DNA from: Ramazzottius varieornatus
Taxonomy: Eukaryota; Animalia; Tardigrada
Length of the DNA: 64,000 nt
Reading direction: 5' to 3'
Assembly: GCA_001949185.1 (NCBI GenBank)
Contig: BDGG01000001.1
Span: forward strand, 5,509,527-5,573,526
Positions 1-11,867 of this stretch are shown here, piece after piece. Within the stretch, counting starts at the first letter, position 1, and each line of letters starts with the position of its first letter. The translations under genes and the position numbers were made by a program. The notes beneath the pieces were generated by a model, which saw nothing but the letters and a program-made list of their open reading frames with translations, searched no databases and had not been told where the DNA came from.

Positions 1-2
1 GA

Positions 3-1940
3 GTCGAAGAGGATGTCTTCAAGGATCTGATTTACCATTTAGACCCCAGGACGCCAAAGCCCACGTCGAAGCTCGTACGTGCATCTATGGATTCTGTCGA
101 ACGACAGCTTCGTCAAAATATCAAAGATTTATTGAAGAATGCAGGAATAATCTGCTTTATAACAGGTATGAAGCAGTTTCACTGTTCACGTTGAATTCCA
201 ACTGTTGGACCTCCAACATGTCGTTTTCCAGATATTTGGACGAAGAAGGGGATGACCGAAGCGTTCCTTGAAATCACAGCACACTATGCGGACAAGAAGA
301 CCCATGTAAGGCACCACCTCTACCTGAGCTGTGTCTCATTTCCGCCCCACATAAAGCCAAGAATGTGTACGAACTCTTCAAACAAGAACTGGAGAAATGA
401 GGTATCAATCCAGAAAAAGTATCAGTCGTCATGACGGACAACGCATCCAACATGATTGCCGCCTTCAAGATGTACGATAAGAAGTTAGAAGAATGTGTTA
501 CGGAAGAAGACGAGTTGCAAGTGATAGAAGAAGCGATGGTCTAGCGTATGCTGGATGAGGAGGAACCACTGGACGACGACGAGGAAGTTGATGAGATGGC
601 GGCTTGATGCTTTCGAGTTGGAAGCTTCAAACCTTTTCACCGAGTACTCCCGAAATCCGTGCTTCTTGCACACTCTACAGCTCGTGGTCAAGTTGTTCGA
701 GAAGAGTCCGCCGATCAAGGATGTCATGGCGAAAGTTCGCGCGATTGTAAATAGCTTCGGCCATTCTCACACCACCGTCGCTGCACTTATGGCGCGGACT
801 GGCGGTCTGAAGCTCATCTCAGACAACACAACAAGATGGTCCAGCACTCTTCTGATGGCGGAAAGAATGGTCAAAATTCAGGCTGCTGTAGAAACGATAA
901 TCGTGGTTGAGCAACTAGTCAAAGTACCTAATTTATCTCAAAGTGAATGGTTAGTGCTGAAAGGAATCGTCAAGTTCCTTGGCAAGTTCAAGCTTGTAAG
1001 TGAACATCGCAAATTGTTGAATTTCCAACAGTTGGAAATCCCACGGAAACATGCTGTACTTTTCAGATTAAGGCTCGAATGCAAGCTGAAAAGGTAAGTA
1101 CCATCCATAAAATCATACCGCATCTGAAAGACATTCTGGCTCATCTATCCCATATGAAGACTTTGGCCGAACCTGGGCTCCTATGGAATTGAGGATCCCT
1201 TTTTCCCGCTGATTAGAAGTATGTAATCTCGATAACGAATCAACACAGCACTATCTAATCCTTTCCATGTAGACATGCAAGTCGACATAGTGGTACGTTT
1301 CGGTGTATGGTTGAACCCTGAACACTTAACGTTCGATCCCATCTTGATGGTAGCAACTCTGTTACATCCAGCGTTACGCCGACTTCTGACGGAGAAGGAG
1401 CAAACCATTGCAATGAAAGGTCTTCTGCAGTACGATAAAGAGTGGAATTCGACTGTCAACGATGATTCTTCTGGTTCCACGAATACAGGTGACTAAACTC
1501 GCTTTGGAGTTCCAAATGTTGAAATTCCAATTCATTCTTTGTTTCTAAATCACGATCAACCTCAGTTCAAGGTCGTCGATGACGACGACGAGTTTTCGTA
1601 CCTCACGGAACTTCTGGCTCGTGCTTCAGTGAATACTACAGCGGAACAACAGCAGGTGCCTATAGAACGTCAGTTAAACTCTTACATGCTCTCAGCAACC
1701 GCAGCCGCCTTCCCACAGAAGAGCGAACCAAGCAAGTTCTGGTTACAAAATACAACTGAGTATCCTGAGCTGAATGCTTTCGCATTGGATGTTCTGGCAA
1801 TACAATGCTCTTCGGCGCCATCGGAAAGACTGTTTTCGACAGCAAGTGATGCTACAGCCGGTAAAAAGAATCGACTTGGCGGTGAAAGATTGGAACAGAA
1901 AGTTTTTGTTAGACGAAATGCTAAATATTACTGTTGCTGA
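3..1940 (+). mobile_element. Decayed intron-containing hAT transposase (5' end outside window)
   Basis: Spliced reading gives T-D-IWT (across intron 166-231), TDNASNM, CFLH, TRWSS and the C-terminal dimerisation block FW...YPEL...DVLAIQCSSAPSERLFS. A frameshift near 350 and an in-frame TGA at 398-400 inactivate it. AATAAA near 2074. Confidence 0.85.
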
Positions 1941-2610
1941 AAGATGTCGGATCTCCAACCGTTGGAATTCCAACCACTACTAATTATTACTGTACAATGA
2001 ACTATTCCATCCTGTGTTATTCCATCGCACCAATGTTACTTTTCTACTTCATTTTCGGTTTACCGTTGTAATCAATAAAAAAAGAGAGACCGTCAAAAAT
2101 ACTGCACCAGCAGTGACACCAAAGAGCCATAAGTGCTCGTCGTTAGAGTTGCTAGAAATTTTCAGTTGACTAGTGTGGGCGGAGCATAACGGAGCTATGG
2201 GCCGCAGCTACGACATAGCCTGCACTCGTAGCCAGCTGGCTGTACGTACGTGCCAGATGGCTGTCATGGGGTAAGTGGAAAAATACCCCATAGACGGTGT
2301 CAGCTGGCCTATAAAAGCCGGCACGCGATGCAAAAAACTTTTGATATTGTTTAGTCTCACAGGCACCACATCAACAACGGAAGCATCCCTGTAAGTTGCG
2401 TGGGGCTCTGGTCAGCCATTATGACTGCCAGGCCATGCCTTAGTTTTCTGGACTTCGTCCAGTTATGGGCACGCGGACGGGCGGCAGAAAGGGCAATCCA
2501 TGCGCGGAAGTGGCGTATAGCTGAGGAATGTCCACAAGGGCATCCGAAGTGGTGCGGCCGCTCTCCTTTCATGGTGCGCCCCGGCCGTACCTTAAAAAAG
2601 AGGCAAACCC

Positions 2611-2850
2611 CTGCGCAAAAAAATAAAAGAAAGTAAAAATTACAAGAAAAAAAGTACATCCAGCTAATCAAAATTCAAATTAATGGAATATGAATCAGCA
2701 CTTCTTGATCGTTATGACTCAACATAATTTGAGGCTAATAAGATAATTAAAACGCTTTCTTTGTTTGTAGAATGATCGATATACTGACTGGTCGATTGAT
2801 TGAAGAAATTGTTGTTTTTAGAGGTATCTTTGCCTTATTTTTTTGCGCAG
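2611..2850. repeat. Perfect 16-bp inverted repeat pair around an AT-rich spacer (MITE-like)
   Basis: CTGCGCAAAAAAATAA (2611-2626) and TTATTTTTTTGCGCAG (2835-2850). No clear TSD. Confidence 0.45.
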
Positions 2851-3234
2851 AGGAAGGGGAAAACCAGAATCAAAAATTACTTGATTAGTGTGGATAGCAG
2901 AGAGCAACTGATATATTTGACCCGTGTTATGTTACAAAAAATGGAGTATCGTATGACAGTCCTTGTCAAGATTGATGAGAACGGAAACCACGTTATCCAG
3001 TGCTCACAGTGTGGTCAGAACATACACCATCGGTGCCAAGAACCTGTAAGCCGTTAACGTTTTTCGGTTTGTGGTAGAGGAGACGAGTCACTAGTATAAT
3101 TATGTGACATGGTTGCAGATAGAACTCCCCCAAATTTGAAGAATAATTGCCCGGAGACAGTTTCGCCGGTGCAAGATCAGCTGTGAAATTTTTACTCGGT
3201 CTGATAAGCGAAATTAAAGCTGATTTCAAGTTTA

Positions 3235-5204
3235 GTGCTTCGTAGACCCAGAAGTCCACCAAGTGAACCAGAAAGCGGTCATCCTTGTCCCCCGAACGAC
3301 TGCTGCAGCAGCCTGAGTTTCGCCACTTCGACTTCTCGCCGAAAAAAACAGCACGTTGTATGTCATCCATGCAACAAGAACGTGATCACCCTCGGGACGA
3401 AGCAGACAGTATTCGAGTCGGATCTTGAGCGTCACCAAAGGACTAAGAAACACGGAAAACGAACTTCCCAGCACACCCTCCTCAAGCCACACTATCATAC
3501 TTCGTCGTCTGGCATTACCAAGCAGAAGGACTGGAACATAAAGTCGGACATCTGTCCAGCCTGCAACAAGCCCGTAACCGCTTCTACCAGCAGCATGAGG
3601 ATGCATGTGAAGAGAACCTTCCACAAGAGCAACGTCCAGAAACGAGCCATGGTTTTGCACGAAAGACCCAAAAACACGCCAGTCAAGACCCGTATCAACA
3701 AGCTTCGTCGTCTCTGGTTCAGGAGTCTTCCTGCCGCCGGTGTACCCATCCTTGATAACGATAAATTCAGACATTTCCTGAGGACATTCGTAGAGGGTGG
3801 CGCTGCGATACCTCAAAGGCAGCAGCTAATGACAGTCGGTATTCCTGAAATACAAGTGGCTGAAAAGAAACGCATCATGGAAAAGTTTCGCGGTAAGCAT
3901 CGGATATTACGATCACAATGACCGAAACTGAACTGAGTTGTTCTTACAGGCAAGAAGTATTCCATCGAAGTGGACTCCAGTCCGATTGCCAAAAAACATT
4001 TCTTTGCTGTGTTACTCATACCGGAGAACTCGGGCAAAGGCGAACTCGTCAGACTGGAGCGTGATGCTGGAATACGGTCTGGATGCAGTGAACTGTCTGG
4101 CCTTCATCGGAGACGGCGCAAGCGTGAACCATAACGCGTTTAAAGAACATCTCGAGAAACAGATTCCAAATGCTAAGTTCGTCATCTGTATGGCCCACTC
4201 TTGGAACAACGTCCATGGCGAGCTGATCAAGAACCTTCCGTTGCTGGTCAAGTTTCTGGCTCGGGTTCAGAAACTCTTCTGTCATTCTGGTGCAAGGAAG
4301 CAGCAGTTCAAAGATTTCGTCATGGCTCGAGGTTTGCACTTTACATCCCCGGTGTTCTACTGCAAGACGCGCTGGTCAACCTACTTGAGGAGCATACGAT
4401 ACTGGGTCAAGTACATCGACGAAATCGAGGCATTTGTCGAACAGTTGAAAGTGTCGGGTAAAGTCGCCCAGTGCCTGCAGTACCTGCGGGAGATGTTCAG
4501 TAATATGGACGAAAAGTACAAGCTTCTGTTTCAGCAGCGCGCTATTGATCACATCGGTGACAGACTCGAGGCTGAGCTGACGAAATGTGAAAACAACAGC
4601 CTACCGTTCGCCCCTTATGTGCTGGAAGCGACAGCAAGAATCTCCAGTACTTTCGAGGGTCTTCTGTTGGACAACGAACTGGATCCTCACGCACCAGCAG
4701 AAGGAAGAACGAACGGATGGACAAGGAAACTTTGGTACACCGAAAGCAAGACCCAGCTTGTTGCTGCGCTCACTGCAGCGAAATCCAACTTCCTTGGGGA
4801 TGATCAAACTGCTTTCCGAGTCCTTGTTCCGTAATAATCAAAGGAAAGCCCTTGCAAACAAAAGAGATAGCAGGAAGAAAAGCTGGAGAGTGGTGCGAGA
4901 ACGGCGTGGAGGACACGAGAAAATACAGACAGAAAATTTTGATGGACATGTGGAATGACATACTATCTGAACAAGATGACATAACAACGGATACACATCC
5001 CTGCTGATTACTCGGTTAATGCAAACTTACAGACGGACCATAATTAAAATAATTGTAATTAGAGATCCAGATGTAATTAAAATTAATAGATAGTAGAGAA
5101 TTCAGCCAATCCAAACCTGCAACAATTAAAATTACGGTTTGAGGAAAAATTTTCCTAATTGTAATAGACATTACAATTCCAAAACCATTAGTAGAATAAC
5201 ACTG
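3235..5204 (+). mobile_element. Decayed CGGBP-like hAT element with two C2H2/BED-like fingers; right TIR ends at 5204
   Basis: Fingers CHPC...H..TKKH and CPAC...H...H. FRHFLRTFVEGGAAIPQRQQL resembles CGGBP1 VRAFLSRHVKNGGSIPKSDQL. Intron ~3893-3949; GDGASVN, CMAH and TRWSTY motifs; frameshift and C-terminal truncation. Terminus reads CAGTGTTATTCTACTA on the minus strand. Confidence 0.75.
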
Positions 5205-5585
5205 GTAGGGAATATCTACTTTCGTCCGGGGTGCTGCATCGTTCCGTCGGCCAGAAGGGATACCTGTTGTAAATATTTGATGGCAGTGCCGAGCGTGTCA
5301 AAAACCTTGTCGCGGAAGCCTGGATGGATGGTCGACGCTTCTACATGGTCAGCTTGAAGTACCTGCAAACCACGTGGATTCCGGGAGAATGGTGCGAATT
5401 CGGTCACGATTTTGCGATCTCGAAATCAAGTACTTCCTGGTCATTTTTATTGCGTTTCTGTTATCAGTTCGTCGTTGAGCGGTACAGGACAAACACTTCT
5501 CAAAGACAAAACAGGCTCTCTGCGGACAGAACTAGGACTAAAGTGGAAGAAAAGCCCAGCTAGGAATCCGTCCATTCAGACGGCG

Positions 5586-5854
5586 TTATCCGAAGGTGAT
5601 GCCATCTCCGGGGCTGTAGGTTGCGTTCCGTCCGTTGTCTGTAGAGGAAAATTTTTAACGATAGACAGTAGTCTCTTTGTGCATGTGACAACAGGTTACT
5701 TTTAAAATACGAAATTTCAGTATGGCTTACGTTGAGTCCCACAGTGGCTCTGCAAGTGCCGGAAGATGAGGAACGCGATCAGCAGCAACACAAACAGGCC
5801 GCCGATTCCAGTAAAGACAAAGAAGATGGTGTAGTCCGGCTTCAGATCGGGCAT
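5586..5854 (-). CDS. Putative small single-pass membrane protein (~58 aa, 2 coding exons)
   Basis: MPDLKPDYTIFFVFTGIGGLFVLLLIAFLIFRHLQSHCGTQ, GT-AG intron ~5730-5639, then HNGRNATYSPGDGITFG*. AATAAA at 5451-5446. Confidence 0.4.
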
Positions 5855-6399
5855 GGGTGCCTGTGGTCTCCGAGAAACGTCCGAACTGTGTACAAAACAC
5901 GAAATTCCACCTAATCTATGGAAAAACACTAAACAGATGCAACCTGCACTTACCCAAATCCAGGGAATTTCGCCCAAACTGTCCCACGATGTCCTTGGCT
6001 GTGGCCAGTTAGTTGCCCATCTTTCTCGTCGCAGTGCGGAAAGGAGTACGAGTGGATCGAGTACGAGTCGCGAAAGCAGGAGCCAGCACAACGGTAAGAG
6101 AAACGAGTACTTCGAAAAACAGGATACGTCCGAAGGCCATTGAAGAAATGAATCGCAAGTGGAAGTGATGTTGTGATGAAAAGGTCCGAGATCTGAGGTT
6201 GGTGAGTGACGATTGTCTTGCAGGTTGTATTTCGCAGACTCTAACAATGCGAAATACGCAAGTTACGCAGAAGATTCAACTGTGACTCGACAGTTGTCAC
6301 AGCTGTGTTGCTGGGTTGCTGGGTTCGACCACTGTGAGGCCACGCCTTAGTTTCTTCAGTCTGACAGCGTAAGTGATATCTTTGTTCGCACTTTGAGCA

Positions 6400-8350
6400 C
6401 AGATAGGTTTTTCTTCCTTACCACTTTTGCTTACTGTACATTTAGAGCAAACATTCTTATCATTAAAACGCTCTTTCTTTGTTGCATGCGTTGACGTAAT
6501 CGGACTTGGTCGGAAGCGCCACTAAAAAGAGACATCTGCTCAAATACCGTCTTCTGATTCAGCGTGTAGAAATATGCGCTAAAGAGACCTTGTTTGGTCA
6601 CACTCAAGCTAAGACTGGGAACCGGTTCTAGTGATACGGGGATGACGCCCTGACCAGCACTGCTTCGAGTTTTAGGTGGACTGGACTGATTCGGCGACCT
6701 AGGTGAACTAGGTTGGTTCTGTCAAGCATCAAAAAACATAATTAGGTAATACTTCGGATCACTTGTGGTCCAGCTAAATCACCTTTTGCGTCGAGGTCGC
6801 CAGTGGCTAAAACGCGTCTCTACTTGTGTTTCTCAAGGTTGAGTACTCTGTTGACACTGAATCGTCCTAGCGCACCTTCTTTTTGAAAGCTGACATGACT
6901 TCGAATCTTCTTTCGACCGTAGGAGTTGCTTCTGTTGCCAAAGAATCTGCAAAACGTATCACATCGGCACAAAATTTTAGATTTCCTTCATCCAAACTAG
7001 TAGCATACCTTCCGGAACCCCTTTATGCTTCAGTACGCTCATCTGCCCATCGGTGAAACTGCTGCACGGGACTTGCATAGCTCGGCGGTTGGACCCGTTA
7101 AAGCTTACGAGCTCGCAGCATTTGAAACCCTCCATGCGACGAAGGCTCTCCAACACTTTTACCGTGCTTGTCCAAAAGCAGCAGAAACATGTCTTCGCAA
7201 ACCCAAACGCACTGTTTCTGCTGTTGAGTTGTGAAGCGGATCCGTCGCTATTGGGCAAGAAACGTTGATTTCTGAAAACAGGATAGTAACCAAACAGCGT
7301 TCATCACCTCATCTGCATTCTCCGTAAAGATAAGCTACGGTCAGAACAAAAGATTATACTCCATTGCCGATGTCCGTTTTGGACGCCTAAGTTTGCACGG
7401 AAGGTCGTCCCGGTTTCGTCTCAACATACTTGTAGAAGGTTGCAGCTTTCGGTGGAATTCTGTTCAGCACGAAGGGCTGTATCTTCCCTTTCCGCTCACC
7501 ATATTTCACTTTCTCCAGGAGTCAAAAAGCCCGGCCCGTTCACTAACATCTGACACGGAGTGCTTCTTGAATAAGCTACGAAATTTTACCAGTTCCATGG
7601 CAGTAATCAGGATGGCAAAGTCAGCTACAACGCGGTTAGCGCCTGCTTTCAGGTCCTGCATGGCTTTAGCCACCGGCTGCATAAGGTTGGCCTTCCGTTT
7701 CCGCATCTCGTGGATATCTGCGGCACTGACATGCAAAAGATCCACAAAATGAGTTGATGCACATGTTTGCGCTTCTTCGATGATGTCCGCCTCTTCTAAC
7801 GTGAAGGGCTCCAGTTTGTCCATCGTTGGAATGACGACGCAACGTGTTAACGCTTCGTACCTAAACATCTTAGTATGTCAGGAAACCACGCCCTACGAAA
7901 CATGACTTTTCCAACCTCTTCTGCGGAAGGTCCATCAAGGCGTCGCTGCAGGTCAGTGCTATCGACGTTTCCGGTGTCCACTGCCCATCATGATTCCTTA
8001 TGGCTTTCCCTTCATAGCATTCTTGTTCAGCATTGACGGCGGCCACCTGGTCGTTCGGATCGTGTATTACCACTCATAATACCGGGGGCACAACTCGGTT
8101 TCGCAGCGCACGGTTACCTGACCGCAAATCACTTCCTGTGCAGCTTTGGCGGTTCAGTATTTCTTGTTTGCCTGTAGTGGCGGGTTCTCTATGACATGTA
8201 GCTCGTGACCGCTGGCTAAACACTACGTACGGAATTAGAAATATTTTACAAGGCTCGAGGGCAAACTGCTCCCAACACATGTTCCAGGTCCTCCTTCACG
8301 CGCCAAGCGTTTCAACAGCTAGAAAAAAATTCAGAACAACTCACAATCAG
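6400..8350 (-). pseudogene. Decayed multi-exon coding sequence of unknown family
   Basis: Several same-strand ORF pieces (7870-8073, 7506-7868, S/P-rich piece near 6500-6720) with splice-like signals, interrupted by stops. No family recognised. Confidence 0.3.
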
Positions 8351-8517
8351 TTCTTTACAACATTATATCTCCAGCGTCCAACTAGCGGTTGTCCAGTGGT
8401 TAGACAAAAAATCGCAAGTAGCTCGTGGTGTTCCGACATATGGCGCAGCCCATGACGTCAGGAACGATACTACCACTGGTGGCGCTGCCAAGGTGGCAAG
8501 AAGTAAATTTAATTTTT

Positions 8518-8568
8518 CAGATTTCTATTTTACGCATTGCCTTTTTACGCATTTTACGCATTGCCCTG
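8518..8568 (-). mobile_element. hAT-like terminus with TGCGTAAAA subterminal repeats
   Basis: Minus strand reads CAGGGCAATGCGTAAAATGCGTAAAAAGGCAATGCGTAAAAT. Partner end not found. Confidence 0.4.
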
Positions 8569-9803
8569 TCCCAGAAAGACTGAGCGAAGAACGATGATTG
8601 TTTGTGGCTCATGTAACGTTCATGTTTGTGCAGCGCGCAGATTAACGAAGCAGAGTGTTGTTTGTTCAGATTGCAGCAAGAAGAAATCGAAATAAGTGTA
8701 GCGAAAAATGGAATGAAATACATTGGTTTACTCCGGTCATGTGACGGAACATTACGATGGTTCTGCGCAGTAACAATCGCAACTTCATGGGGGAGCACCG
8801 TGATTGGTCTGTAGACGCCTCTATCGTGCTTCCAGCCAGTTAAAAGGCTGCAAAACTCAGTTGCACCTCCGTAATCTGCCAGCATGAAATTGCCCGGTAT
8901 TACGTGTTAAGATTAAGTATTAGTGTTAAGATCGGAAACTTTTCCTTTGCGTATCGATCCCGAAGCGCGAAAGGGACGAGTCCTTCATTACGCACAGTTC
9001 CTTTGCATTTTTTCCCGGGAAAGATTACGCAGACTCCGTCGACATTGTTTTGCCTGTCGTCCAACGACCGATGACCACCAGACTCGGCACATTGGTGGAA
9101 AACATCAGCAATTTCGCAGCAGTGGAGACTCAAAATCGTGGTGTGAGCTGCGAAGAACTTTACTGCATTTCCTGTAAATATTAAGTGATGCGAAGTTTAA
9201 TGCCGTTGGTAACCTACCACATATCAGAAGAACAGACAGGAAAGTTTCTTCCCGACGTCTTTTCGTCAAACATTCCCTCAGTGTTTCGATCAGATCCCGT
9301 GACTCGCGTCCTTCGAAGATTTGAAGAGGTTCCACACCATTCAGGTATGCTGAAACGCACACGTAGCTGGCACGCTCGGCACTAATTCTAACGACGCCAT
9401 CAGGTCTTTTCTGCAGGAAAATATTCGGACCAAAGCAGTATGTCTTCTTGTTAAGCTGAACGTTCCTGTGTTCTACGGGATTCTTGTCCACCGGATGCCT
9501 TTTCTCTTGACATTACCTAGTCCCGAACAAGCACTCACTTACTCTTACACTGTCACTTTTCATTTCTAATAAAACAAGACAAGTTCACTTCCGGTCGAGA
9601 ATTTTGCGAACTGAAATTCCTTATAACCAATAACTTGTACTATTGCGCTCGCAAAATGCGTAATCAACTCACTTGGCAGAGCAGTCGTTCTTCCAGACGA
9701 TGAACGACTGTAGTTGTTTCGGTTCGATGTGGCACAGAAGAGGTGGCATCGATGGGGGTGGTCTGGAGGTCATTCTGGAGCGCTCGCAAATTTTGCAACC
9801 CCG
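8569..9803 (-). mobile_element. Highly decayed BED-finger hAT relic with putative left terminus at 9803
   Basis: Broken frames give LWSEYF...CRAC...GTSSNLRR (BED finger), VVIGRWTT (D-x-WT region), VAIVT and IPFFA (C-x-A-H region). Terminus CGGGGTTGCAAAATTTGCG; GCGCTCGCAA repeated near 9644 and 9780. Confidence 0.55.
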
Positions 9804-10524
9804 AGTTGGACGGGAAGCAAATACTACAATTATGACAAAATTTGCAAACTAAAATTAATTCGCTTATACTGAGTTGCGTGGTTTCAGTACAGGCACAAAA
9901 CTTACTACGTCTCATTCGCGTTATTGACGTGCTTCGGCTCACACAACTATCCTCCTTCCTGATTCCGTCAGCAAGAGATCTAACTGCGTCCACAATCCTT
10001 GGCGTAAAGGACACAACCCAACACAAACATGTCATCAATGGCGTCCCTACGATCAGCAGGTATTCCAAAACAAGTCCTGTTCCGCTTTTCGAATCAACAA
10101 GGTGTTTTCCGAAGGGCTGATATTTTGATAGACAAAGCAAGCTCAGACCAGCAACTGCCAAATGAATACCGTTACGGCAGAAGGAGATGCCCCTCACTTG
10201 TGCAAGCGCACCTTCAAACTCGGTTGTGTCGAACTTTCTAGAAGTAGTAGGCGGAGCATTAGGGGTCTTCAGTCTTGCTTGCAGAACTGTGTTGATTGCG
10301 ATGATGTAGAAAGCAACTTTCCGAATCTCGCTAACGAGAAAAGCAGCCCTCGAGCTGCTTTTCTTGCAAGTGAAATCCTTTGATTTCTTGCACGCCCGCC
10401 TCGAAATTTCGATTTATATTTGTATTTACCAATTGTTCCCTGCTTTTCTGGATGAGCTTTTCTCTCCTCCTGCGTACAGTTCCGACAGGTGACGAATTTT
10501 GACTCCCTTTTCACAGCTCTGACT

Positions 10525-11867
10525 ATGGGAAGACGCAAAGAAGTAGCTACCGACGTGGAGACGAGTCAGACACCAGCGAAGAAGTCTCGCAAGCCACGAG
10601 CAGTCAGAGAGCATGCCTCAGACACCTCCCAAGCGCAACTATGGAGTGTGGATGCCTGGCGAGGAGCAGCATTCGGTTCAGTAGATCGAAGATCCCACCA
10701 ACTATCTACTGTACAAGGGACCAGGAAAGAAGAACACTGCGACGGGAAAGATGGCGACGACCGGAACGACAAAGGCTGTAGTGCACCGCAAGATATCCGT
10801 TCACTTGGGCCAGCTTGGCGTTCACCGAGATAGTACGACAATCACGAAAAAGCTCCTTCACTTGGAAAAAGGATACAGGGCGGCAATGGTCTTTCTAAAA
10901 TCTACTGGGTCTGGCTACGGCAATCCTGATCCTGACATACCTATTGAGGAGAAAATGGAGGACGCTAAAAACCAAGGTAAATTTTTCACCTCGATCAACT
11001 GGCGAAGTTTGTGACGTCAGATCAGGCTATACAAAATGAAAGGGGTATTGACTACGTCATACTTGACTCGCCCTATAACATACAACAACGCTTCAGAACC
11101 GGAAGTCGACTTTTCCTGCGGACTTCTGGAGTTGCCCGAAGATGTTTCTCCTGTTGCTACGTCTCAGCTCATTACGGGGTAACAGCGGAGTTGTTTGGCA
11201 TATTGGAGATGTTGGTCGAACGTTTTGCCTACCGCTCGTTCGGAACGTCTTATTGCGGATTCGTGAACGAATGAAAACTCGACAAACAGACTCGACCCAA
11301 TTCTTTTTCCAAGTGGCGCACGCTTGCAGTGTTATTAACCACGAAAGCGCGCCACTTGGAGAAGAATCTTGTCAAGTTTGCTTGTCAAGCTCCCATTTGT
11401 TCAGATTCACGATTCAAAGATCTGAATGAGCGGAAGCCAACGCGTTTGACCGGGGAAAGTCTCGCATGCCTGCCAACTTTGCTGTTTACCCTGTAGTTTT
11501 CCTAGCTCAGTCAAGCCTACTCCGCAACCAAGAGTGTCAGAATATCCTGAGAAGAAATGTCAAGACAGCAAAACTCCACAGAAATCACTGACCATCGCCG
11601 AAGCTCTACAAAAAAAGCACGAAGGATCAGCTTGCCATAGCGGAAAAGAAATTCTTAGTGGAAGAAAAGAAGCTAGAGCTGGCAGGGAAAATTGCCGACG
11701 AGGAACGAGAGGAACGTCGACAACAAAGACAGCTCGATAATGACCAGAGAGAAAAAGACCGAGAAGAAAGAAACGAAGTACGTGATTATGAATTGAAGAA
11801 ACTAGAACTGCAACTCGATCAAGCTAAGAAACGTTTCACTGAACAAAACGTCGAGCTGGCTTTCTGA
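10525..11867 (+). pseudogene. Harbinger-associated Myb/SANT-like DNA-binding protein, disrupted
   Basis: MGRRKE...WSVD...NYLLYKG...GTTK...KKLLHLEKGYRAAMVFLKSTGSG, with a charged coiled-coil C-terminus (EEKKLELA...KKLELQLD). Frameshifts and a stop are present. Confidence 0.7.
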
